In this document: one piece after another, positions 1-14,390 of the stretch
Layout: every line of letters starts with the position of its first letter
Numbering within the stretch: position 1 is the stretch's first letter
Assembly: GCF_009914755.1 (NCBI RefSeq)
Contig: NC_060928.1
Direction: 5' to 3' (one strand)
Length of the DNA: 64,000 nt
Origin: the human T2T-CHM13v2.0 reference genome, Homo sapiens
Program-made: the position numbers and the translations under genes
The notes under the pieces: generated by a model
What the model was told of the DNA's origin: nothing
The model's database searches: none
Seen by the model: only the letters and a program-made list of their open reading frames with translations

Positions 1-1320
<1,320 letters not shown>

Positions 1321-2689
1321 GTGTGCTCTGGTGCCGCACTGCCTGGTTAGATCCTTTGTCCACCACTTAGATGCATGTTATATAAATGCTCTCCTCAGTT
1401 TCCTCGTCTGTAACTTGGGGACGGCAATGCTGCCCCAAGAAGTGGTTATGGGGACTAAATGCATGTGGGCATATTGGTAAGTATTCAACAAGCTTGATTT
1501 TTCCTGGAGAGGGAGAAAGAGCATGCAGTGAGGTGGCATGGTCAGGTGCATTGGGACAAGGATTATTTCCTCTGGCTTCTGCCTCCTGGGGGGTACAAAG
1601 GAGGGATCTGAAATGTGTCTGCAGACCCCAGAGTTGGGGACTGCAGAGGGAAATTGAGATCAGGGACCCTAGTCTGGCAGAAATGAGTGCAGCATGGGGC
1701 ATTGTGTTCCTTCCATCAGAGGCATGGGGTGTGTTGCAGACAGTCATGAAATGTGGCTGAATCTTGCAAGGGACCCTCGGTCCTAGGGTTGCTGCTAGAG
1801 ACAAAGACCCCTGTCAGTGGAACCTGGTGACCTTCACCCTTCTCTGTCAGGCTGCAGACAGCAAGAGATGGCAGCAGATTACACCCAGCAGGAAAAGGGC
1901 CATTGCTATCCCACAGGTTGCCATAGGAGGAGATGACATCTCTCCCTCTCCTCCTCCAGCAGTGTCAGCTGGAAAAGAGGTGGGTGTGTGTGCACAAAAG
2001 AGTAGACCACAGACCATGCTCCTTCTCCTCCAGCCTGCTGGGGCCCCAAGAGAGTCTGCAGCCCTTGGCCAGGGACCGGCTGACACAGGAGAACAAAAGA
2101 CCTCAGTCTGGGATAACATGGTGGTGCAGTTGATCCTCTGGAGCTCCCTGTGAGATCAGACTGGAGCCAGTCTCCAGCTGAGACCACATTTCACTTAGCT
2201 CCTTCCCTGCCATATCCTGTTTTCCTTACTCCTATCTCCTGAGAGTTCTTCCTGAATGAATTACATGCACTCAATCCCTGCCTCAGGCTCTGCTTTTAGG
2301 GAACTTGACCTAAGACAGAAATCTTAGTACTAAATAATTTGCAAGGCCTCAGAAGCTCTGCTATCCATAAGCAGGTGAGATATTACCTTCCCTACCACCT
2401 GGCAGTCATAGTCTATGATGAGATTCAGCTTTATGGAAGTGCTTCTCTAAAGAACTTCCCCCAATTTAAGATGATCTTAATTTGCTTACTTGTTTACTGT
2501 CCATTTAGCTGCTCTAAAATGTGAGCTCCAAATCAGGGGCCATGTCTGGTTGGTTACTCATTTCCTGAGACCTAGAACGGGCCTAGCTCAGAGCAGGTGC
2601 TCACTATTGATGGAATGTATGTTGAAAGAATGCATGAATCTCATCTCCTTTTGTGGGTGAAAAACTCATCCTATTCTCACCCTGATTAA

Positions 2690-2995
2690 CTTTCTTTCTT
2701 TCTTTTTTTTTTTTCAAAATGGAGCCATGATCTGTCACCCAGGCTGGAGTGCAATGGTGTGATCTCAGCTAGCTGCAACCTCTGCCTTCTGGATTAAACC
2801 AATTCTCCTGCCTCAGCCTCCTGGGTAGCTGGGATTACAGGTGTATACCACCACGCCCGGCTAATTTTTTGGATTTTTAATAGAGACAGTGTTTCACCAT
2901 GTTGGCCAGGCTGGTCTCGAACTCCTGACCTCGTGATCTGCCCTCTTTGGCCTCCCAAAGTCCTGGGATTACAGGCATGAGCCACCATACCCAGC
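2690..2995 (-). repeat. Alu (S-type)
   Basis: Full dimer with T-tract, flanked by CTGATTAACTT and TTGATTAACTT. Confidence 0.9.
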
Positions 2996-4782
2996 CACTC
3001 TTGATTAACTTAATGGAAATATTTACAGAGATTCTTTCTCTTCTGGGTTCTAGCGTCTTATCTGTAACCTCTGCAGGTAATACATTTTCCTTCCTGATGA
3101 TAGAATTTCTATGGTTGCTTTCACTTGCAAATCCTCTAATACTTATTTATTCCATTTCTGATTGGCATTAGACATAATTCTCAATTTTTAGTGACATCAC
3201 TTCGTTTAACTTACATATAAATCGACTTTGCCTTGAAATGTGACATTGACTAGAAGGATGAAACTTCTAACATGCTGTAGAACATAGTTTGACTGGCTAA
3301 TTTATTATTTAGAAGAAGCTAATATTGTCATTATGAGGGACTTAGGTGACTCTGAAGAACCAGTTGCATTTCTAATGTTTGCAATGTTAAATCACAGATA
3401 TTGCCAACGTGAAATAGTTTCCATATGCTGTGTTCTCAATACACACCTTTTCCAAAGATATCCCAAGTTGTAGTCTTAGAAAACTGATTTTTCTTATTTG
3501 TTCTCACAGGAATTTGGGGAGCTATGTAGGATCTCCATAAAATGAGCTCCAGAAAGACACATGTGCACACACACACACTCACACATGTACCACACCACAC
3601 TTGACTCTGTTTATTTGGGACCCATGATTATCAGAAGTGCTATTTTTAACAAATACTTCTGAGAAATAATCTGAACACTTAATTGGATGCAAAAGAGTGC
3701 GTATTTACTATTCTACCCTTTAATTAGCATAATCAGTGTTTCCAGCAGCAAAAGCAATTGGAAAATCGCTAGTTTTATTAGGTTCATTATTCTCCCTTAG
3801 CGTAGTGTGGCATCAGCATGGCTATTATTCTTAAATTCCCTCTTTAAAACAAGGGCTGGTGCTTCTTACAGGCAATTCCTAACTCTTGGGTTTTGTAGAG
3901 GGTCCAAAACTCTTTAGAACCTATAATTCAAGGAAAGGCTCCACTTTGGTTTTGCATTTTGTCTGGTCTCTTTGGGTGACAGAATTTATGTCACAAGGTG
4001 CACATATTTTGGGGAGGCTCATGGACAGCCCACCCTCTTGTGCTTTGGTAGGAAGTACGTGCAGTTAAGGGGAAGGAGTTAGTTACTCATCTAGGGAACA
4101 ATTGGGTAGAAAGAGATGGACTCCCTGTATTTGAAATTCAGAACTCAAGCTTGGCTCTAAGTGTTTCCTTGCTTTCCTGTGCTCCATGGGAGTCACTGAG
4201 CAGAAGGAAGCAAGTTGCCTGAGATTCCTCAAAGCCCGCAGCCCTTTTGGAGGTTACATTGTTATTCTCAGAGCCTTTAGGATGCATAATAAAGACCTAG
4301 CTTGGACCAACATTAGGATGAGTTATCTTGCTATTAACATTCTTTTAGGTAGAAGTTGCTTTTAGGTAGAAGTTGGTCCCATCTTGCTCACAATCCTCCA
4401 AAGTTTGGAAGTTACTTTCCAGGAGACTTAGCTTGCACTGAGAGCTGCCCTCCCACCCTCTCTCCAAATTTCCTCTTGGGAGTAGCCTAACAAGGTGCTG
4501 TCACAGACCCTTGCCAGCCACGATGACCCCACCCAGACCATCCCTCTGCTGTTTCACTCTTTGATATTCTCTGGAGCTCTCTGGGGAGAAGTGAGACCTG
4601 CTGTCTGGTTTGTACGGTTTGACCAGGTCTTACAGTCATGGCTGGCTGCCTTTCTCTGAGAACTGGGACTCCTGAACTTGGTGAAATACCTCAGCCATTG
4701 ATCATATTAAATTATCGGGCACAGTCATTTAAAATCCGAGTCTGCTCCAGATGGACTCTCTCTCTTTCTGCCCTGACCATGA

Positions 4783-4822
4783 GGGAGAGAGATCGTGAGA
4801 GAGAGAGACCGTGAGAGAGAGA

Positions 4823-4858
<36 letters not shown>
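4783..4858. repeat. (GA)n microsatellite, interrupted
   Basis: About 75 bp of GA repeats. Confidence 0.95.
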
Positions 4859-4861
<3 letters not shown>

Positions 4862-6099
4862 TGCCCTGACCTGCTGGACAGTGGAGATGCTCGTGGGCTG
4901 TGAGCAAGGGATGCAAAGGCTGCCGGGAATCCCATCTTTCCAGCATCATCTGCCAAGGCACATCAGTTCCTGGGTGTCTTGATGGGTTCTGGCAGCATTA
5001 CTGTCATTGAAGGAAAACATTTTAGCCATATTAAAGGTGAATGCAGCAATCTCCACACAGGCTGCCTGGAAGGGACGCGGGACAAGGGTAGGTTTTCCCT
5101 GTGATGGACAGGATGTAGGCGGCCCTCCCACAGCCCTGCCTGGCAAAGCCGATGTGTCCCCAAAAGGCACTGGGGCCAGCTGGAGTGCTGTGACGACGCG
5201 GGCTCACCCGGGCCCTGGGTTCGCTCTGATTGCAGCGGTTTCCTGCCACCTCCTTGGAGAGCTGGCAGATGACCCAGCCCCACAGCAGGAGCTGTGAATG
5301 GCAGAACGAGATACAACAATTTGATATCCACTTGCCAGATGAGCCGGGTGTCGTCAGTCGCCTAGCTCTGCGCCAACCTCTTTTTGCACAAACACTTATG
5401 CACAACACTTATGCGCCAACACTTTTTGCACAAACACAAGCAACTCAGCCAGGAGGAAAAGCACTCTGATTATGAATTGAGCAGAAGGAAACAAAGTTCT
5501 GCAGATAAACACCAATGAGACAAAAAACCACGAATAAGAAAAATGACAGAAAAGGAGAACCTTCCCAGAAGCCTCCTGCCAGTGAACGGCCACCATAGCA
5601 AGAGCATGGAGGCCCTGGGTTTTGAACTGTGAGATAAGGAAGATGATGAAAACCTCCCTAGCAGCCAGGCAAGTACAAGATTCCTTTGAAATCCAGATCT
5701 AAGCGTTTTGACCACAGAAGTAATATTATGTCTTAGATGAGAGCTGTGAGTTGCTGAACCCAAAGTGAGTTCAAATCCGAGCTCTGCCTCCTGCTACCTG
5801 TGTGACTTTGAGAAGTTCTAGCACTGTTTTGTGCCTCAGTTTTGTCATATGTTAAATGGGCATAATCACAGCTCCTGCCTCAGAGTTGTTGTAAATTAAT
5901 ACTTGTAAAGCACTGAAATCATCCTGGTATACAGTAATTGTTATGAACGTTATTTTTTTGGAAGGACAGAACTTATTTTCATGGTCTAATCCTAAAAGTC
6001 TAAAAAATGTGAGAGAAGAGGAAAGAATCTAGAGTCCCACCATGAGGGGGAAAAGTAAACTTGAAGCAGAACAGGGTCATTGACAATTTCCTGTGATTC

Positions 6100-6620
<521 letters not shown>

Positions 6621-6634
6621 TGAATAGTCTAGTG

Positions 6635-7143
6635 CAGTGGTCCCCAATTTTTTTTAGCACCAAGGACCAGTTTCCATGTATTTGTGGGGGGAAGTTTCAG
6701 GATGATTCAAGTGTATTACATTTATTGTGTACTTTATTTCTATTGTTATTAACATTATAATATATAATGAAATCATTATACAACTCACCACAATGTAGAA
6801 TCAGTGGGAGCCCTGCACTTGTTTTCCTGCAACTGGATAATTCCATCTCTGGGTGGTGGGAAACAGTGACAGATCATCAGGCATTAGATTCTCATAAGGA
6901 GCACACAACCTAGATCCCTTCCACATGCAGTTTACAATAGGATTGGTGCTCCTATCAGAATCTAATGCCACTGCTGATCTGACAGGAGACAGAGCTCAGG
7001 TGGTAACGCTAGCCATGAGGAGCTGCTGTAAATACAGATGAAGCTTCACTCACTAGCCCACTGCTCACCTCCTTCTGTGCAGCCCAGTTCCTAACAGGCC
7101 ACAGACCGCTACTGGTCTGTGGTCTGGGGGATGGGGACCTCTG
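6635..7143 (+). mobile_element. MER1A non-autonomous hAT-Charlie DNA transposon
   Basis: TIRs CAGTGGTCCCCA and TGGGGACCTCTG. 8-bp TSD GTCTAGTG (6627-6634) and GTCTATTG (7144-7151). Confidence 0.88.
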
Positions 7144-7196
7144 GTCTATTGGATAACACTGGCTTGGAGGGTACTGATCAGCCAAAGAAGGGCTGA

Positions 7197-7587
<391 letters not shown>

Positions 7588-8711
7588 TAATCCTCCCAGT
7601 GACTCTTTGAAGTAGGGACTATGACAATCTTCATTTCACAGATGGAGCAACTGAGGCACAGAGAGGAAGTCAATGGCCACGGTCGCCCAGCTGAGGAAGG
7701 ATGGAGCCGGCTGAGATCCTGTTCTGGGGATCTAACTCTGCAGCCTGCATTCTGGGCTGCTGTATTCTCCCATGTTGCTATCTGACAAGCACAGCGTGGG
7801 CTCAGAGTACAGACAGGAGGAACCAGCTAATAAGGAGAGGTCTGAGGTGAAGGCTGGTGCCTTGGGGAAGAAGAGAGAGGTCCCATTCTAAAGGGATGGC
7901 ATTGGAAGCTCATAGTGATAAAGCAAGGCCAACAGGTTTTGGGCCTGGGAGTTAAACATACAGCTCTGGTTTCTGCCTTTTCACAGCGGTGATGAATGGG
8001 CACTGAGAGCCTCTCGAGCTAAAGTTGTCATCATTGCTCTTCATAGTCTGAAGGTGCATGAAATGGTCAACTTTTTTCCAAAGGGCTTTTATGCCTAAGT
8101 CTGTGGTTAGTGTATAAACAGATATTTACTGAAGTCCTGCTGAGTGCAGACACTGTGGCCAACCCTGACGCTACAGTCGAGATGAAGCCAGTCTCTGTCC
8201 TCATGGAGACCTGTCTATTGATAAGAAAACAGAAAGCTCACTGAGCATTGACCCTGTGCCTACTGTTTTTGATGCATCTCTCATTTAATCCTTCTATCAA
8301 ATCTGTGAAATAAACACATCACCATCATCCCTATTTCACATTTAGGGAAACATATGCTTAGAGAAGGTAAGTAACTTGGTCAAGGTCACACAGCTTCGAA
8401 CTCTCATCCCACAGGTGCAGGAATGAGAGGCAGCAGCTGTGGAAGCCAGGGTCTCTGGCAGTCCTTGTCTCTGGGCGGTGATCCAGAGAGAGAGAGAGAA
8501 CACGATTGTCTCAGCACTGGGTCTTCTTCTGAGTCGTCTTGAAGGAGTAATTCCAGAGCGTCTCGGTGTTAAACATCATGTTGTGAATGACTCCGTGAGC
8601 TCTGACCCAGTGACCTTGGGGATAAAGGAGGGGAGGTACGGAGAAACTCTTCGAATGGATGTTACTGGGGTGTCAGTGTTCTTTGAGGGCACAGGCTATG
8701 TGTCACCAAAT

Positions 8712-9755
8712 TGAAGGGGTGGCCTGCCCCTCCACCCCTGTGGGTATTTCTAGTCGGGTGGGATGAGAGACAGAGAAAAGAAATAAGACACAGAGTCAAA
8801 GTATACAGAAACAACAGTGGGTCCAGGGGACAGGCACTCAGCACACCAAGGACGTGCACTGGCACCGGCCTCTGAGTTCCCTCAGTTTTTATTGATTATG
8901 ATTTTCATTATTTCAGCAAAAAGAAATGTAGTAGGAGAGCAGGGTGATAATAAGGAGAAGATCAACAAGAAATATGTGAGCAAAAGAATCTATATCATAA
9001 TTAAGTTCAAGGGAAGGTACTATGCCTGAACGTGCATGTAGGCCAGATTTATGCTTCTCTCCACCCAAACATCTCAGTGGAGTAAAGAATAACAAGGCAG
9101 CATTACTGCAAACATGTCTCGCCTCCCACCACAGGGCAGCTTTTCTCCTATCTCAGAGTTGAACAAATGTACAATTGGGCTTTACAGCGAGACATTCAGT
9201 TCCCAGGGGCAAGCAGGAGACAGTGGCCTTCCTCCATCTCAACTGCAAGAGGCTTTCCTCTTTTACTAATCCACCTCAGCACAGACCCTTTACGGGTATC
9301 GGGCTGGGGGACAGTCAGGTCTTTCTCATCCCATGAGGCCATATTTCAGACTATCACATGGGGAGAAACCTTGGACAATACCCTGCTCTCAAGGGCAGAG
9401 GTCCCTGTGGCTTTCCACAGTACATTGTGCCCTTGGTTTGTTGAGACTAGAGAATGGCGATGACTTTTACCAAGTATACTGCTTGGAAACATTTTGTTAA
9501 CAAGGCACGTCCTGCACAGCCCTAGATCCCTTAACCCTTGATTTTATACAACACATTTTTTTGTGAGCTTCAAGTTGGGTCAAAGTGGCTGGGGCAAAGT
9601 GGCTGGAGCAAAGTGGCTGGGGCAAGGCTACAAATTAGCAACATCTAAGCAAAGCAATTGTTTAAAGTACAGGTCTTTTTCAAAATGGAGACTCTTATGT
9701 CTTCCCTTTCTACATAGACACTGTGACAGTCTGATCTCTCTTTCTTTTCCCTGCA
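8712..9755 (-). repeat. HERV-K 3' LTR (LTR5A/B-like), 1044 bp
   Basis: Starts TGCAGGGAAAAGAAAGAGAGATCAG right after the PPT and ends CCCCTTCA. AATAAA at 8888-8893 (minus). Direct repeat of 17299-18301. Confidence 0.95.
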
Positions 9756-9773
9756 TTTCCCCCTTTTCTTTTT
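9756..9773 (-). promoter_or_regulatory. Polypurine tract of HERV-K
   Basis: AAAAAGAAAAGGGGGAAA immediately upstream of the 3' LTR. Confidence 0.9.
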
Positions 9774-9792
9774 GACAAAACCTCCATCGTCA

Positions 9793-11821
9793 TCATGGAC
9801 AATTCTCGCTAGTCGCTGTCTCTCCGGAGCTGCTGGATATACCTCTGTAGACTAACAATAGAGAGGACAGACATACAAGAATTAGTACAAAATTTGCAAT
9901 AGTGGAATTTCCAATGGTTTTAACCCAAGTGATAGGGTTAAGATTTGTGAGGCTATCAACAGCTTTTACCATTGCCTCAGTTTCTGGCACCAGATTTAAC
10001 TGGGCTTTTGATGTTTCAAAAATTTGTTCTTTCAGTTTAGAAATATCTAAGGTAAGATTATCTTCTCTTCCTTGTAGATGGCGTCTACCCATGTCCCAGT
10101 GATGTTCAGATTCATTATAGGCTCGAGGTCTAATACAAAAATCTAACGTATTCCAGTCACACTGTAACTGAAAAAGATATTCCAAGCTCATGAGCCTATC
10201 TCTCATCCAAATAACAGTTTGTCTAAGATCATTAATTTGATTTGCCAATTTTTGATCTATTTGAGTCTGAGAATTCCACAATTTTGAGGAATTCTTTTGC
10301 CAATTATTCACATATTCTGCAGTTTGAACAGAGGAGTGTAAAGCAATTCCAGCAGCCACAGCAGTAGCTGTGACTGCAATAAGACCCATAATCACTGCAA
10401 TCAGAGTAAAAATGAATCTTTTAGATCTAGTTAGAACTCCTTTTACTAATTCTGTTAAGATATGTACGGATGGAGAAGCCTCCCACGGTCGATCCATGGA
10501 CACAGGGATCCACACGCCTTCTCTTGCCCTTACTAACAGAATACCATGCTGTCAATCAAAAGTTGAATCAATGCAAGTAAACAATCTACAATTTTCACAG
10601 ATTATAGTTTGGGAATCTGGTTTAATAGCTATGTTTCCTACAACTAGCATATAAGGGGCTTTTACACAACTTTGCAAAGGAATTATCAGATTGGAATTTA
10701 GGTTAATAGTATAATATGGCTTATGATTTCTTGTTCCCATAACTTGATTTCCAGACCAAATTCTAATGTGGTACGTGGCCACAGTGAGCTTCCATAATTC
10801 TGGGTGTTCAGAACCAACAACAGGACTGACTAACTTTGGTCGGGGTGATGGAATCCCCTTTTCACCCCATTTCCATGGATAGGGTGTTTCTAGCCTTCTA
10901 TAAACCTGGTCTAGCCTTTTAGTTAAATCACTATCGTAGGCCAGATTAGTGGGCCAGACAGATGGAGCCTGTGAACATGAGTGGGTCTGGCCCATACAGT
11001 CATAATATAATTGGCCTCGAGGGGCCCAGTCTATAATAATTCTGAATTTATTGTTTTGTAGTACCACAGCAGTATCAGCCACACATTATTCCCAAACTAA
11101 GACTTCTGGGTCTTTTGATTCTTCTGGAATTTCCTTCTGGCATGGTTTCCATTTAGGCCTAAATTTTAATGATCTTTGATAGGAAGAATTCTGTGAATTA
11201 TTCATTTGTGATCGGAGTGACATTCCACTTATCATATGGTAAGTAAATTTACTGGTGGCACTGACAGTAGGTTCTTCTAACAACCAATTTTGGATTGTAG
11301 GCATTAAGCATCCTGGTGCTTTTCCCAGGCAAATAGGAGGATAATGATACCCAATGGAAATGTTTATCATCATTCCTTCTTCTTCAGGTTGGGCAGGGCC
11401 ACGGTCATCTGTGAGGCCTGGTACCCATGCACTGTTATTAACATATACTTCAATAGGATTATCTATCCAAGTGACTGCCCGAATTAAGGGTGGGAAAGGC
11501 ACATAGGCCCAGTAAGTATAGTTAGCTGTAGCGGCTCCTGCAGACATAGGGAGACTTAACCACCGTTGATACAATCATTAAAGCTGCAAGCAGCATATTC
11601 TCTGGAGTTTGTGTTACCCTTGTGTTTTCCAGGCTTTTTTCAGCTAACTGTGTCAGCTTCTTTAGCTGGGCCCAGGTCGGCGGCCCCGCTTTCTTGGTGG
11701 ATGGCAACTTCATCTGTTCTTCTGATATCACCATTTTGTTCACCCTGCGAGTCGATGATGTTCGATTGCGGGTTCTCTGTCTCTGCGGAGGTGCCTTCCC
11801 TTGCATCTCTGATGGGTTCAT
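9793..11821 (-). pseudogene. env: HERV-K env (and rec), disrupted
   Basis: ORF fragments 11522-11821 (signal peptide/Rec exon), 11086-11574 and 10552-11082 (SU), and 9793-10515 (RSKR furin site, fusion peptide [38 protein letters not shown], membrane anchor). Broken by frameshifts and stops. Confidence 0.95.
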
Positions 11822-14390
11822 TGTAGAACTTCAAATGTCTAGTGGGTACCCAAACAGGAAGCTGATTTTCTCCTGGTGAAACACAAACAAAACCTCTCCC
11901 CCATGTCATCACCTTACCTATTTCCCAAGTTTTGTTTTTGTTGTCTTTCCACCAAATCAGTTTTCCCTCATGTGGGCTGTTCTTTTTACCAGTAAAATGT
12001 TATTCTGCAGAAGTAGTGGTCTGATTTCTATATATATTTAAAACATTTAAAATATAGAATGCTAGATTAAGTTGCATCTGGGGAGTGTTATACTCCTTAC
12101 TGTCTTTTTCCTTTTTTTGTTTAACCAATTGAGCTTTGAGTGTTCTATTAGTTCTTTCAATTATGGCCTGTCCTTGGGAATTATAAAGGATTCCTGTTGT
12201 ATGTGTAATTTTCCACTGATTTAAGAATTTTTGAAATGCTTTACTACAGTATCCTGGCCTATTATCTGTTTTAATTTTTTCTGGAACTGCCATGACTGCA
12301 AAACAAGATAATAAATGTCTTTTAACATGGGAAGTACTTTCTCCTGTCTGGCAGGTTGCCCATATGAAATGTGAATAAGTATCAACTGTCACATGGACAA
12401 ATGACAGTTTTCCAAATGAAGGTACATGTGTGACGTCCATTTGCCATAATGCATCAGGACATAAACCTCTAGGATTAACTCCTGCCTCTTGAGTGGGCAG
12501 GTGTAAGACTTGACACTGAGCACAATGTTGTACAATATTTTTTGCTTGTTTCCATGTGATATCAAATTTGTTTTTTAATCCTGTTGCATTTACATGAGTC
12601 AGGGCATGAAGTTCTTGTGCTTCCATGAAGGCAGATGATACTAGCAAGTCAGCTTGTTCATTTGCCTTAGTTAAAGGCCCTGGTAAATTAGTATGTGCTC
12701 GGATATGAGCCATATAAAATGGGAAACTTCTTTTTCTTACAGTTTGTTGTAACAATTTAAACAGCTGATTTAACTGATCATCCACACTATATTTGATTAG
12801 GGCTGTCTCAACATCCTTTGTAGCCTGTACTACATATGCAGAATCTGAAACAATGTTAATAGGCTGATTAAATTCTTGTAACACTGAAATGACAGCAACC
12901 AATTCTGCTCTTTGAGCTGAGTGATATTGAGTTTCAGTGACTCGTTCTTTTGGCCCAGTGTAAGCCGCTTTTCCATTGCTGGAACCATCAGTAAACACCG
13001 TCAGAGCATTTTCTGGAGGTTTTTGTCTGGTAATTTTAGGTAAAATCCAAGTAGTCAATTTCAAAAACTGGAAGATTTTTGCTTTTGGGTAATGATTATC
13101 AATAATTCCCACAAAATCAGCAATACTAATCTTCCATGCACCAGAATTGATAAAGGCTTGTCTAACCTGTTCCTTATTTAAAGGAACAATGATTTTATCT
13201 GGGTCTTTTCCACACAATTTTACTATTCGTAGTCTTGCCTGACCAATTAATGTACCCATTTGATCTAAGTACAATGTAAAAGTCTTAACTGTACTGTGAG
13301 GAAGGAATGACCACTCCACTAGATATGTATTGTGAACAATAATGCCTGTTGGAGAATGTGCAGTAGCAAAAATTAAAAGTTGGAGTGGGGCTAAGTGATC
13401 TATTTACTTGTGCTGACTGAATTTTTTCTTCAACTAATTCAATTTCTTTAGTTGCCCCTGGAGTTAATGTTCTTTTACTATTTAAGTCTGGATACCCTCT
13501 CAAGATAGAGAACAAAGTTGACATGGCATAAGTACGGATGCCTAGAGTTGGCCAAATCCAATTAATATCTCCTAGCAATTTTTGAAAGTCATTTAATGTT
13601 CTTAATGTGTCTTTTCTTACTTCTACTTTTTGTGGTTTAATTTTTCTCTCCTCTACCTGCATTCCCAAATAATGAAAAGGAGTGGAGGTCTGAATCTTAT
13701 CAGATGCTATTGTCAGGCCTGCGTTTGCAACCTCTGTCTGCAGAAATGTGTAACAGTCAATTAATTTGTCTCTTATTTCTGCAGCACACAAAATATCATC
13801 AACATAATGAATGATATAACAGTCTAAAAACTTGTCTTTAACTAGTTGAAGAACTTGAGCTACAAAAGTCTGACAAATAGTTGGACTATTAAGCATTCCC
13901 TGAGGCAACACTTTCCAATGAAAGCTGGTGGCTGGTTCTTTAATATTTATGGCTGGTATAGTAAAAGCAAATTTTTCAAAATCCTGTTTTGCCAGAGGAA
14001 TGGTAAAAAAGCAATCCTTCAGATCAATTATAATTAAAGGCCAATATTTGGGGATCATGGCTGGAGAGGTCAGCCCAAGTTGGAGAGGCCCCATGGGTTG
14101 AATTACTGCATTAGCAGCTCTCAAATCAGTTAGCATGCGTCATCTGCCTGATTTTTTCTGAATTACAAACACAGGAGAATTCCAAGGCGAAAATGAAGGC
14201 CCAATATGTCCCTTTTCTAATTGTTCTTTTGCCAATAAGTGTAAGGCCTCCAGCTTTTGTTTTGGTAGTGGCCACTGATTTACCCATATAGGCTTTTCTC
14301 TTTTCCAAGTTGATGGAATGGGTTTTGGAGGCTCTACAGTGGCCACCCTTAAAAAGGATACCCTAGTCCTTTTCTTTCTGGATTTCCCTT
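11640..14390 (-). pseudogene. pol: HERV-K pol (RT, RNase H, integrase), disrupted
   Basis: [10 protein letters not shown] and YVDD in 13285-14136. RNase H (FTDGSS), HHCC and D-D-E motifs in 12000-13319. C-terminus in 11640-11912. Frameshifts near 14140 and 13400, stop at 12000-12002. Confidence 0.95.

Noticed and set aside
4963-5331. 122-aa ORF with a signal-peptide-like start (MDIKLLYLVLPF)
   Set aside because: It starts at GTG, has no recognisable domain, and overlaps ORFs of similar length in other frames.
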